Shown here: positions 53,812-62,261 of the stretch, one piece after another
Layout of the letters: each line of letters begins with the position of its first letter
How positions within the stretch are numbered: the first letter of the stretch is position 1
DNA from: an uncultured Alistipes sp.
GTDB lineage: Bacteria; Bacteroidota; Bacteroidia; Bacteroidales; Rikenellaceae
DNA length: 64,000 nt
Reading direction: 5' to 3'
Assembly (NCBI GenBank): GCA_947591475.1
Contig: CANQDE010000008.1
Coordinates: 8,635-72,634, forward strand
The notes under the pieces: generated by a model
The model's input: only the letters and a program-made list of their open reading frames with translations
Databases searched by the model: none
What the model was told of the DNA's origin: nothing
Translations under genes and position numbers: made by a program

Positions 53812-54534
53812 CTATTTAACCAATCCGTAGCGCCGGTCGCGGGTTCCGTACACTTCGATGGCCTTGTCGAACCACGCCTCCGTGAAGTCGGGCCACAGCA
53901 CCTCCGGAAACCACATCTCGGCATAGGAGAGCTGCCAGAGGAGGAAGTTGCTGAGCCGACATTCGCCGCTCGTGCGGATGACGAGGTCGGGATCGGGGTA
54001 TTCCGCCGTGTCCAGCGCTCCGCCGATGGTCTGCTCGTCGATGGCTTCGGGGGCGAGTTCGCCGGCCTGTACCCGACGGGCGATCCGCTGCGTGGCGCGG
54101 ACGATTTCGCTGCGCGACGAATAGTTGAGCGCCAGAATCAGCGTCAGTTTTTCGCACGAGGCAGTGTTTGTTTCGGCTTCGGCCAAATAGCGGCGCACCT
54201 TCTCCGAAAAACGGCTGCGGTCGCCGATCATGCGGATGCGCACGCCCTGCCGTACGAGCTCGGGCGTTTCGTTCCGAACGCTGCGGCAGAAGAGCTCCAT
54301 CAGCGCGTCGACCTCCTCTTCGGGACGCCCCCAGTTTTCGGTCGAAAAGACGTAGAGCGTCAGGTAGGCGACCCCGTGCCGCAAGGCGGCCCGCACCGAA
54401 GCCCGCACCGATTCCACGCCGGCGATGTGGCCTTCGAACCGTTCTTTGCCGTGCTGTTTCGCCCAGCGTCCATTGCCGTCCATGATGATGGCGACGTGTT
54501 GCGGTATGCGTTTCAGTTCGCTCATATAGGGCAC
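53812..54534 (-). CDS. uppS: Undecaprenyl-diphosphate synthase
   Basis: 240 aa. Motifs HVAIIMDGNGRWA and LTLYVFSTENW. Confidence 0.95.
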   Translation of the reverse strand: MPYMSELKRIPQHVAIIMDGNGRWAKQHGKERFEGHIAGVESVRASVRAALRHGVAYLTLYVFSTENWGRPEEEVDALMELFCRSVRNETPELVRQGVRIRMIGDRSRFSEKVRRYLAEAETNTASCEKLTLILALNYSSRSEIVRATQRIARRVQAGELAPEAIDEQTIGGALDTAEYPDPDLVIRTSGECRLSNFLLWQLSYAEMWFPEVLWPDFTEAWFDKAIEVYGTRDRRYGLVK

Positions 54535-54583
54535 AAATATAGGGAATAAAAACGAAACGGCGCAAAAATCCGCATGAATTTCG

Positions 54584-55462
54584 TCAGCTGCGGATGTCGA
54601 TGCCCCACATCATTTTATTTCGTAACGTGTCGTAAAAGGATATATTGTGCGGGACGGCCAGAAAGATCGGTTGTTCGGCCCGTTCGACGCGGAAAGCGGC
54701 TTCCGGCGGAATGGGATAAGTGCGGTCGTCGAGCGTAACGAACGCATCGGCGCGGCGGGCGTGGACGTGCAGCGTGATGACCGCCGAATCGGGAATCACC
54801 ACCGGACGCATGGTCAGGTTGTGCGGAGCCAGCGGCGAGAGAATCAGACACGAGCAGGCCGGCGCCACGACGGGGCCTCCGGCGCTGAGCGAATAGGCGG
54901 TCGAGCCGGTCGGCGTCGAGACGATAACACCGTCGCCGTGGTAGGTGGCGACCATTTGGCCGTCGACGTAGGTTTCGACCGAAATCATGCCCGCCCCGTG
55001 GCGCTGCACGGCGAACTCGTTGAGGGCCAGCGGCGAACCGATCGGCTCGGGAAAATCGCCCTCGACGTGCAGCATCGAACGGGGTTCGGCGAGGATGTTG
55101 CCGTCGGCGATTTCTTGAAAAATCCGGTCGAGCCCTTCGTTCGGCGCGCTGGTCAGAAACCCCAAATGGCCGGCATTGATTCCCATGACCGGAATCGGCG
55201 CACCGGCCAGCCGATGCACCCCTTCGAGCAGCGTGCCGTCGCCGCCGTAGCAGACCATGATGCTCTTCTTCGGTTGCGGCCCCACGCGGTCGCCGTAACG
55301 CTTTTCGGGGGGTATGGTGCGGCCGGTCAGTTCGTGCACGAAATCGGCGAATTCGCGGTTGACGGTGTAGTCGAATCCGAAACGGTCGAGGGTCTCGAAG
55401 AGTTGCGTCAGCTCTTCGGGCGTATGGGCGATCTGGCTGCGGGAAAAAAGTAGGATTTTCAT
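54584..55462 (-). CDS. nadK: NAD+ kinase
   Basis: CYGGDGTLL and GINAGHLGFL. Start at the ATG at 55462 (MKILLFS). The track extension to 55558 is rejected. Confidence 0.9.
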   Translation of the reverse strand: MKILLFSRSQIAHTPEELTQLFETLDRFGFDYTVNREFADFVHELTGRTIPPEKRYGDRVGPQPKKSIMVCYGGDGTLLEGVHRLAGAPIPVMGINAGHLGFLTSAPNEGLDRIFQEIADGNILAEPRSMLHVEGDFPEPIGSPLALNEFAVQRHGAGMISVETYVDGQMVATYHGDGVIVSTPTGSTAYSLSAGGPVVAPACSCLILSPLAPHNLTMRPVVIPDSAVITLHVHARRADAFVTLDDRTYPIPPEAAFRVERAEQPIFLAVPHNISFYDTLRNKMMWGIDIRS

Positions 55463-55573
55463 CGGCGGAAATTCGAAAAAAGTAAGTAACTTTACACGCT
55501 GGAACAAGGTGTCCGCAAGATGCCCGGAGATGTGTAGAGTCCCTTGCAGACAACACAAAGGTATGAATTTTTT

Positions 55574-56290
55574 ATGACGAAATTAAGCGTTAATATCAAC
55601 AAAATCGCTTTGGTGCGGAATGCACGCGGCGGCAATCGGCCCGATGTGGTGCAGGCGGCATTGGACATCGAGCGCTTCGGCGCCGACGGCATCACGGTGC
55701 ATCCGCGTCCCGACGGGCGGCATATCCGGCACGACGACGTCCGGACCTTGAAAAGCGTCTTGACCCGAGAATTGAATATCGAAGGAAATCCCGTCGGCGC
55801 GTTCGTCGACCTCGTGATGGAGGTGCAGCCGACACAGGTTACGCTCGTCCCCGATGCGCCCGATGCGTTGACTTCCAGCGCCGGGTGGAACACCGTTGCG
55901 AACCGCGATTTTCTGACCGACCTCACCGCCCGATTCCACGAACGGGGCATTCGCGTCTCGATTTTCGTCGACCCCGTACCGGCGATGGTCGCCGGTGCCA
56001 GAGCTTGCGGCGCTGATCGGGTCGAATTGTACACCGAGGCGTTCGCTCGTTGCTATCCTGCGGGGCCCGAAGCGGCCGTTGCTCCCTATGTCGCCGCCGC
56101 TGAGGAGGCTCGCCGCCAGGGGCTGGGGCTCAATGCCGGGCATGACCTCAGTTTGGAGAATCTGCGCTACTATTTGCAACGCATTCCGTGGACGGACGAG
56201 GTGTCGATCGGCCATGCGTTGATTTGCGACGCCCTTTACTACGGTTTGGAAAATACCGTGCAGCTCTACCGGCGGGAGATGCGCGATTGA
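55574..56290 (+). CDS. pdxJ: Pyridoxine 5'-phosphate synthase
   Basis: [16 protein letters not shown] and [13 protein letters not shown]. Start at the ATG at 55574 (MTKLSVN). Confidence 0.93.
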   Translation: MTKLSVNINKIALVRNARGGNRPDVVQAALDIERFGADGITVHPRPDGRHIRHDDVRTLKSVLTRELNIEGNPVGAFVDLVMEVQPTQVTLVPDAPDALTSSAGWNTVANRDFLTDLTARFHERGIRVSIFVDPVPAMVAGARACGADRVELYTEAFARCYPAGPEAAVAPYVAAAEEARRQGLGLNAGHDLSLENLRYYLQRIPWTDEVSIGHALICDALYYGLENTVQLYRREMRD

Positions 56291-56325
56291 TGTGAATACC
56301 GAATAATGAAAATTCTGGGTCGATT

Positions 56326-56976
56326 ATGAAATACTTTTTTATTTTGCTCTCCGTCGCATTCTCCGCGATCGGTACGGCCTCTGCGCAGAACGAGTACAAT
56401 TATCAGAAGCGCAGCTTGTTCGAGGTGTTGCCCATCCGCTCGAACGATATCGTCTTTTTGGGCAACAGCATCACGGACGGATGCGAGTGGGCCGAGTTGT
56501 TCGACAACTGCCACGTCAAAAATCGCGGCATCAGCGCCGACCGGTCGGGCTGGCTACTCGACCGCCTCGATCCGATTGTCGCCGGTCGTCCGAAAAAACT
56601 CTTTTTGATGATCGGCACCAACGACCTCTCGGTCGGCATCGCTCCCGAAGAGGTGGTCGGCAATGTCCGTAAATTGATCGCCCGTTTTCAGGAGCAATCG
56701 CCGTCTACGAAACTCTACATCCAGAGCATCCTGCCCGTCAACGGCGCCGATTTCAAGAAATATCCCCACCATTACGGCATCAATCCGCAGGTCGTGGAGA
56801 CCAATCGCCAGCTGGAGGCATTGTGCAAGGAGACGGGGATCGTCTACATCGACCTGTGGTCGCTGTTGGCCGACGATAAGGGGAATCTCGACCGCCGGTA
56901 CACGAACGACGGCCTGCATCTGATGGGCCCCGGCTATTTGGTCTGGAAGCAGGCGGTTGAAAAGTACGTGAAATAG
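56326..56976 (+). CDS. SGNH/GDSL-family hydrolase
   Basis: 216 aa with a signal peptide. Block I VFLGNSITDG, block III GTND and block V NDGLH. Confidence 0.85.
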   Translation: MKYFFILLSVAFSAIGTASAQNEYNYQKRSLFEVLPIRSNDIVFLGNSITDGCEWAELFDNCHVKNRGISADRSGWLLDRLDPIVAGRPKKLFLMIGTNDLSVGIAPEEVVGNVRKLIARFQEQSPSTKLYIQSILPVNGADFKKYPHHYGINPQVVETNRQLEALCKETGIVYIDLWSLLADDKGNLDRRYTNDGLHLMGPGYLVWKQAVEKYVK

Positions 56977-56987
56977 CGCGTTGCACC

Positions 56988-58430
56988 GTGGAATTTTCCG
57001 ATCCCATCTTCCGTCGGATTTCGCGCATCGCTCGCGCGAAGGGCGTCGATGCCTATGTCGTGGGCGGTTACGTGCGCGACCATTACCTGCGTCGGCCTTC
57101 GACCGACGTCGATGTGGTGGTGGTCGGAAGCGGCATCGAAGTCGCACAGGCGCTCGCCGACGAATTGCATACGCGGCTTTCGGTCTTCAAGACCTTCGGT
57201 ACCGCTATGTTGCGTGTGCACGGCGTCGAATTGGAGTTCGTCGGGGCCCGTCGCGAATCCTACACGCGCGATTCGCGCAAACCGCAGGTCGAGGCCGGTA
57301 CGCTCGAGGATGACCAGTTGCGCCGCGACTTTACGATCAATGCGCTGGCGTGGTCGCTCAACGAACGCGATTTCGGCGAATTGGTCGATCCGTTCGACGG
57401 CATGTACGACCTCGAACACGGCATCATCCGCACGCCGTGCGACCCCGACATCACCTTTTCGGACGATCCGTTGCGCATGATGCGCGGCATCCGTTTCGCC
57501 GCGCAGTTGGGCTTTTCGCTCGAGGAGGAGACGTTCGACGCCATCGCCCGCAATGCCCAACGCATCCGCATCGTCTCGCGCGAACGGATCATCGCCGAAC
57601 TGAACAAAATCGTACTGTCGCCCGTGCCGTCGATGGGCTTTGAGTTGCTCGAACTCACCGGATTGCTGGAACGGATATTTCCGGAGATGCACGCGTTGAA
57701 AGGGGTCGAGCGGCGCGGCCAGCATGCCCACAAGGACAATTTTATTCATACGCTCAAGGTTTTAGACAACGTTGCGAGACGTTCCGACGACCTTTGGTTA
57801 CGTTGGGCTGCCGTGTTGCATGACATCGCCAAGCCGTTGACCAAGGCCTACGACCCGAAAACGGGCTGGACGTTTCACGGGCACGAGGTGCTGGGGTCGA
57901 AAATGGTGCCCGCCATTTTCCGGCGCATGAAACTGCCGCTGAACGAACACATGAAGTTCGTGCAGAAGTTGGTTTTCCTCCATTTGCGGCCCATCATCCT
58001 GTCGGAGGAGATGGTAACCGATTCGGCCGTGCGGCGGCTGTTGTTCGAGGCGGGCGACGACGTAGAGGCGTTGATGACCCTGTGCGAAGCGGACATCACG
58101 TCGGGCATCGACGCGAAGGTGAAGCGTTACATGGCCAATTTCGAGTTGGTGCGCCGCAAGATGAAGGATTTGGAAGAGCGCGACCGCATCCGCAATTTCC
58201 AGCCGCCCATCACGGGCGAGATCATCATGCGGACTTATGGAATCGGGCCGTGCCGTGCGATCGGCGAAATCAAGGAGGTCATCAAGGAGGCGATTCTCGA
58301 CGGGCGGATTCCGAACGATTACGACGCGGCTTATGCGTTGATGGAGCAGGTCGCGGCGGAGCAGGGGCTCGTTGAAAAAGCGGGCCGAACGCAGCCGGGA
58401 ACCGAGACGATCATTCTGCCGAAGGCCTGA
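56988..58430 (+). CDS. CCA-adding / poly(A) polymerase-family nucleotidyltransferase with HD domain
   Basis: 480 aa with a GTG start. Motifs YVVGGYVRD, DVDVVVVG and an HD region AVLHDIAKP. Confidence 0.88.
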   Translation: MEFSDPIFRRISRIARAKGVDAYVVGGYVRDHYLRRPSTDVDVVVVGSGIEVAQALADELHTRLSVFKTFGTAMLRVHGVELEFVGARRESYTRDSRKPQVEAGTLEDDQLRRDFTINALAWSLNERDFGELVDPFDGMYDLEHGIIRTPCDPDITFSDDPLRMMRGIRFAAQLGFSLEEETFDAIARNAQRIRIVSRERIIAELNKIVLSPVPSMGFELLELTGLLERIFPEMHALKGVERRGQHAHKDNFIHTLKVLDNVARRSDDLWLRWAAVLHDIAKPLTKAYDPKTGWTFHGHEVLGSKMVPAIFRRMKLPLNEHMKFVQKLVFLHLRPIILSEEMVTDSAVRRLLFEAGDDVEALMTLCEADITSGIDAKVKRYMANFELVRRKMKDLEERDRIRNFQPPITGEIIMRTYGIGPCRAIGEIKEVIKEAILDGRIPNDYDAAYALMEQVAAEQGLVEKAGRTQPGTETIILPKA

Positions 58431-58557
58431 ATTATTAAGGGCAATCAGAATGACCGAAACGTAAGATGGGGTTCTCCTGCCGGTTCGGCCCGCCCCCGTT
58501 TGAACGGGGTTCCCTATGCGTTGGAGTGTTTTGGTACTTTCCAACGCTTTTTTCGCT

Positions 58558-58616
58558 GCCCGTTGCTTTTCTCTCTATCCTCCGGAACCTCGTAGTCCGT
58601 ACCAGTTAATAAAAAA
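58558..58616 (+). repeat. Composite unit: the ccgttgcttttct block plus ccgtaccagttaataa
   Basis: gcccgttgcttttct matches 10011 and 10073. tccgtaccagttaataaaaaa matches the 51.2-kb units. Confidence 0.7.
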
Positions 58617-59152
58617 GCGGGCAAATCACTCAACCCGAAATCGAGGCCTTGGACTGCCCTGCATGAAGATTGAAGAAATGCCCACGCCGAAAAACAGCGC
58701 GAGCATCAACCTTTTTCTTCATGCAGGCTCGAAATGTCCAAGTTTCGATTTGAGAAGAAAAGCCGATGCGCTTTCAATATGTCTGCGACAAAGATACTAT
58801 AATAAATTCATAATTCAAAATTCACCGTTCGGAATTATCGGCGGCTCTGTGAGCCGCACCATAGCTTCCGCACTGTGAAAATTGCGGATAAAGAGGTCGA
58901 GGGGGCGGAACGCCCGGAACGAACGTGCGAAAAGCGCAGTCTTTCGTGTTCGTTCAGTGAACGACCCCGAGAACTCCCACAATTTTAACCGTGCGGATGG
59001 TTTTCGGTACCTTTTGACATCAAAAGGTACGACATAAGCAAAAAAGGCAGTTTTCTTAAAAACCATTCATTTGACGGCTCCGACATCCGGTCGAATTCAA
59101 TGATGCGACTCTTTGCGTCGCCGATAAGTTTGAATTCCGTGGGATGTTTCGG

Positions 59153-60094
59153 TCAATCGAAGTGGCGGAATCCATGCCACGAAGGAGCGATCGGCCGGCC
59201 GTTTTCGCGCCAGACCAGGCCCCCACCGTCCGTGATGCGCCCGACCGCATACAGCGGTGCCCCGAATCGTGCCCGATAATCCGCCGCCAGTTGTTCCGAG
59301 TGCGCGGCGTCCGCCGTCAGCAGCAGTTTGTAGTCTTCGCCGCCGCAGACGGCCTGCCGCAGGTCGGCACCCGCTGCGCAGGGAATCCGTTCCGTGTCGA
59401 GTTCGGCTCCGCAGTGCGAACGTTCGAGGAGGTGGCGAATGTCCGAAGCCAAGCCGTCGGACAAATCCATCATGGCATGTACTTCCGGTCGCGTCCCGAG
59501 CCAAAGTCCCTCTGCAACTTGGGGTTGCGGATTGCGGTGGATGGCTGCCAAGGGCGTGTCGTAGCGGCCCGCGAGCAGGTCGGCAAGTCCGGCTCCCGAG
59601 GCGCCCAATTCGCCCGACACGAAAATCGTGTCGCCCGCACGTGCATCGCTGCGTCGTTTGATGTGCGACGTCTCGGCGCGTCCGATGGCCGTTACGTTGA
59701 TGACGATGCTGCTGTCCGAACGGGTCGTGTCGCCGCCGACTAACGCTACGCCGAATCGTTCGCTGAGTTCCCGATAACCCTCCATGAATTCGACGGCCCA
59801 GTCGTCGGTCGTATCGACCGGCAGCGAGAGCGAAAGCAACGTCGCGACGGGACGTCCGCCCATGGCCGCTACGTCGCTCAGATTGACGGCCAGCGATTTG
59901 CGTCCCAGCTCGCGGGCTGACGTGGCGGCTCGCAGAAAATGCACCCCCTCGGTCAGCAGATCGGTCGTGAAGAGCAGCGCCTCGCGGTTTCCGATGGGTA
60001 GCACGGCGCAATCGTCGCCGATGCCCTCGAATCCGTTGGCGGGAAGTGCGGCGAAGCGGGCCGCTATCTGTTCGATGAATCCGAATTCCGTCAT
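59153..60094 (-). CDS. thiL: Thiamine-monophosphate kinase
   Basis: Start at the ATG at 60094 (MTEFGFIEQIA). Motifs GIGDDCAV and NLSDVAAMGG. The upstream half of the 518-aa track ORF is rejected. Confidence 0.92.
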   Translation of the reverse strand: MTEFGFIEQIAARFAALPANGFEGIGDDCAVLPIGNREALLFTTDLLTEGVHFLRAATSARELGRKSLAVNLSDVAAMGGRPVATLLSLSLPVDTTDDWAVEFMEGYRELSERFGVALVGGDTTRSDSSIVINVTAIGRAETSHIKRRSDARAGDTIFVSGELGASGAGLADLLAGRYDTPLAAIHRNPQPQVAEGLWLGTRPEVHAMMDLSDGLASDIRHLLERSHCGAELDTERIPCAAGADLRQAVCGGEDYKLLLTADAAHSEQLAADYRARFGAPLYAVGRITDGGGLVWRENGRPIAPSWHGFRHFD

Positions 60095-60122
60095 GGCATG
60101 AATCGTGAAAGGAGTAATCCGA

Positions 60123-60162
60123 ACAAAGGTAAGGATAATTCGGAAATTATCGGTACCTTTGT
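60123..60162. promoter_or_regulatory. Near-palindromic 40-bp divergent promoter region with two outward TACCTTTG -7 boxes (thiL / aroQ)
   Basis: ACAAAGGTA-agg-ATAATT-cgga-AATTAT-cgg-TACCTTTGT. The boxes lie at 60124..60131 (minus) and 60154..60161 (plus). Confidence 0.55.
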
Positions 60163-60187
60163 CGACGGCAAACTTTCGCCCGATAGG

Positions 60188-60619
60188 ATGAAGAAAATAC
60201 GGATATTGAACGGGCCCAACCTGAATTTGCAGGGGCGGCGCGATACGGAGGTCTACGGTACGCAGCGTTTCGAGGATTTTTTCGGGCGGTTGAAAGCCCG
60301 TTATCCCCGCGTCGCATTGGATTATTTCCAATCCAACCACGAGGGGGCGTTGATCGACGCCATTCAGCAGGCCGACGGCACGTACGACGGTGTGGTGCTC
60401 AATGCCGGCGGATATACCCATACGTCGGTGGCTTTGCGCGATGCCGTGTCGGCCGTGTCGGTGCCCGTCGTCGAGGTGCATATTTCGTCGATTTTGGCCC
60501 GCGAGGAGTTTCGCCATACGTCGTTGCTCGCGCCGGTGGTCATCGGTTCCGTGATGGGATTCGGACTGGATTCCTATCGGTTGGGAATCGAAGCGTTGTT
60601 GGAGCGGATCGGCGAGTAA
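60188..60619 (+). CDS. aroQ: Type II 3-dehydroquinate dehydratase
   Basis: Start at the ATG at 60188 (MKKIRILNGPNLNLQG). Motifs QSNHEG and VEVHISSILAREEFRH. Confidence 0.93.
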   Translation: MKKIRILNGPNLNLQGRRDTEVYGTQRFEDFFGRLKARYPRVALDYFQSNHEGALIDAIQQADGTYDGVVLNAGGYTHTSVALRDAVSAVSVPVVEVHISSILAREEFRHTSLLAPVVIGSVMGFGLDSYRLGIEALLERIGE

Positions 60620-60637
60620 GCATTTCGCCTGTTCGAT

Positions 60638-60687
60638 GCGAGGTCCCGCTCGCCGAGGCTGCGGCTCGCGCGGTTCTTCGGAGTCGC
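60638..60687. repeat. GC-rich REP-like intergenic repeat (family 2)
   Basis: Carries the 20-mer cgaggctgcggctcgcgcgg, identical to 10162..10181. Confidence 0.7.
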
Positions 60688-60698
60688 TGATAAATAAA

Positions 60699-60754
60699 GG
60701 TATTAGCATTCCGATTATTTAATAAGGTATTAGCATTCCAACCAATTAATAAAA
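60699..60754 (+). repeat. Two tandem 27-bp units upstream of pyk
   Basis: ggtattagcattccgattatttaataa / ggtattagcattccaaccaattaataaaa, then gtATG. Confidence 0.85.
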
Positions 60755-60756
60755 GT

Positions 60757-62232
60757 ATGGGGCGGAAAAAAACGAAGATCGTCGCCACGTTGTCGGACTT
60801 TCGGACAACGGAAGAGTTCGTCCGCAAGCTCTGCGATGCGGGCATGGACGTCGTGCGCATCAATTCGGCGCACGTAACCGAGGAGGGGGCCGCTCACATC
60901 GTCGAGACCGTCCATCGGGTGAATCCTGCGATTCCCGTGATGCTCGACACCAAAGGGCCCGAAATTCGGATAACCGCCGTTGCCGCCGCATACGGAACGG
61001 GAATCGAGTTCCGGATAGGCGATCGGGTGGCGGTGCGCGGCTCGAGCGGTTCGGACGAGACGACGCACGAGGTCGTTTATATGAACGTGCCGACCATCGT
61101 GCGGGACATTCCGGTCGGTGCGCGGATGTTGATTGCCGACGGCGAGCTGGAATTGCGCGTCGTCTCCAAAACCGACGACGAACTGCAATGCGAATTCGTT
61201 ACGGGCGGCACGCTGCGGTCGCGCAAGAGCGTCAATGTGCCGGGCGTCTGCATCGACCTGCCGTCGGTAACGGAGAAGGATCGGCGGTTCATCGAGTGGG
61301 CCATGCAGCACGATGTCGATTTCATCGCCCATTCGTTCGTGCGGAGCGCCCGCGACGTGCAGGCCGTGCAAGAGATTTTGGATACGCAAGGCAGTTTAAT
61401 AAAAATTATTTCGAAAATCGAAAATCAGGAGGGGTTGGACAACCTCGACGAGATTATCGAGGCTTCCTACGGCATCATGGTGGCTCGTGGCGATTTGGGC
61501 GTGGAACTGCTTGCCGAGGCGATTCCCAATGCTCAGCGACGAATCGTCGAGCGGTGCATTGCGGCCAAACGGCCCGTCATCATCGCTACGCAGATGCTCT
61601 ATTCGATGGTTCATTCGCCGCGTCCGACGCGGGCCGAAGTGAGCGACGTGGCCAGCGCCATCTACGAGCGGGTCGACGCCGTGATGTTGAGCGACGAGAC
61701 CGCCATGGGCGATTATCCCGCCGAGGCGGTGCAAACTATGTCGCGTGTGGCGCGGGAAATCGAACGCGACGAGGATCATTTCCGGCCGATGATCGACATG
61801 AATATGGTCTCGGTCAACCACGAAATCACGGCGCAGTTGGCCCGTTCGGCCGTGCGGGCCTCGACCAATCTGGCGATCCGCTGCGTGGTGCTCGACACGA
61901 AAAGCGGACGCACGGGACGTTATGTGGCCGCTTTCCGGGGTTGTAAAACCGTCGTGGCCGTATGCTATACGCTCCATGCCCAGCGCATTTTGGCCCTTTC
62001 TTATGGGGTCGTGCCGATTCTCCGACAGCGGGGCGTGAACAATCGTTATCACTTTCTGGCCGATGCGATGGATTTTCTCGACCAGTCCGGCAAACTCGCC
62101 GAAGACGACCTGTTGGCCATCGTGGGCGGCAGTTTCGGCGAGGACGGCGGGGTGTCGTATGTCGAAATCGCGCCGGTGAAGGCGATTCGCCGACGCAATG
62201 CCGAAATCGACGCCGGCACGGCGAAGGCCTGA
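60757..62232 (+). CDS. pyk: Pyruvate kinase
   Basis: 491 aa. Motifs KIVATLS, LDTKGPEIR and IMVARGDLG. Confidence 0.95.
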   Translation: MGRKKTKIVATLSDFRTTEEFVRKLCDAGMDVVRINSAHVTEEGAAHIVETVHRVNPAIPVMLDTKGPEIRITAVAAAYGTGIEFRIGDRVAVRGSSGSDETTHEVVYMNVPTIVRDIPVGARMLIADGELELRVVSKTDDELQCEFVTGGTLRSRKSVNVPGVCIDLPSVTEKDRRFIEWAMQHDVDFIAHSFVRSARDVQAVQEILDTQGSLIKIISKIENQEGLDNLDEIIEASYGIMVARGDLGVELLAEAIPNAQRRIVERCIAAKRPVIIATQMLYSMVHSPRPTRAEVSDVASAIYERVDAVMLSDETAMGDYPAEAVQTMSRVAREIERDEDHFRPMIDMNMVSVNHEITAQLARSAVRASTNLAIRCVVLDTKSGRTGRYVAAFRGCKTVVAVCYTLHAQRILALSYGVVPILRQRGVNNRYHFLADAMDFLDQSGKLAEDDLLAIVGGSFGEDGGVSYVEIAPVKAIRRRNAEIDAGTAKA

Positions 62233-62261
62233 AATAGAATCGCAACGAAAATCCGAACGCT

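Noticed and set aside
58669-58761. A 30-codon minus-strand small ORF (MKKKVDARAVFRRGHFFNLHAGQSKASISG) downstream of the promoter-like box.
   Set aside because: It has no hydrophobic or otherwise recognisable peptide features, and it overlaps the arms of the inverted repeat. That makes an RNA-structure reading at least as likely, and I cannot assess conservation.
58431-59152. The spacer, considered as RNase P RNA, tmRNA, SRP RNA, tRNA or a known riboswitch.
   Set aside because: I could not find the hallmark strings GAGGAAAGUCCGGGC, a GGGG...ACCA tmRNA frame with a tag ORF, the SRP GGAAG/AGCAG loop, or a GGTTCGAATCC T-loop. I also found no TPP or cobalamin box. It lies downstream, not upstream, of both flanking genes.
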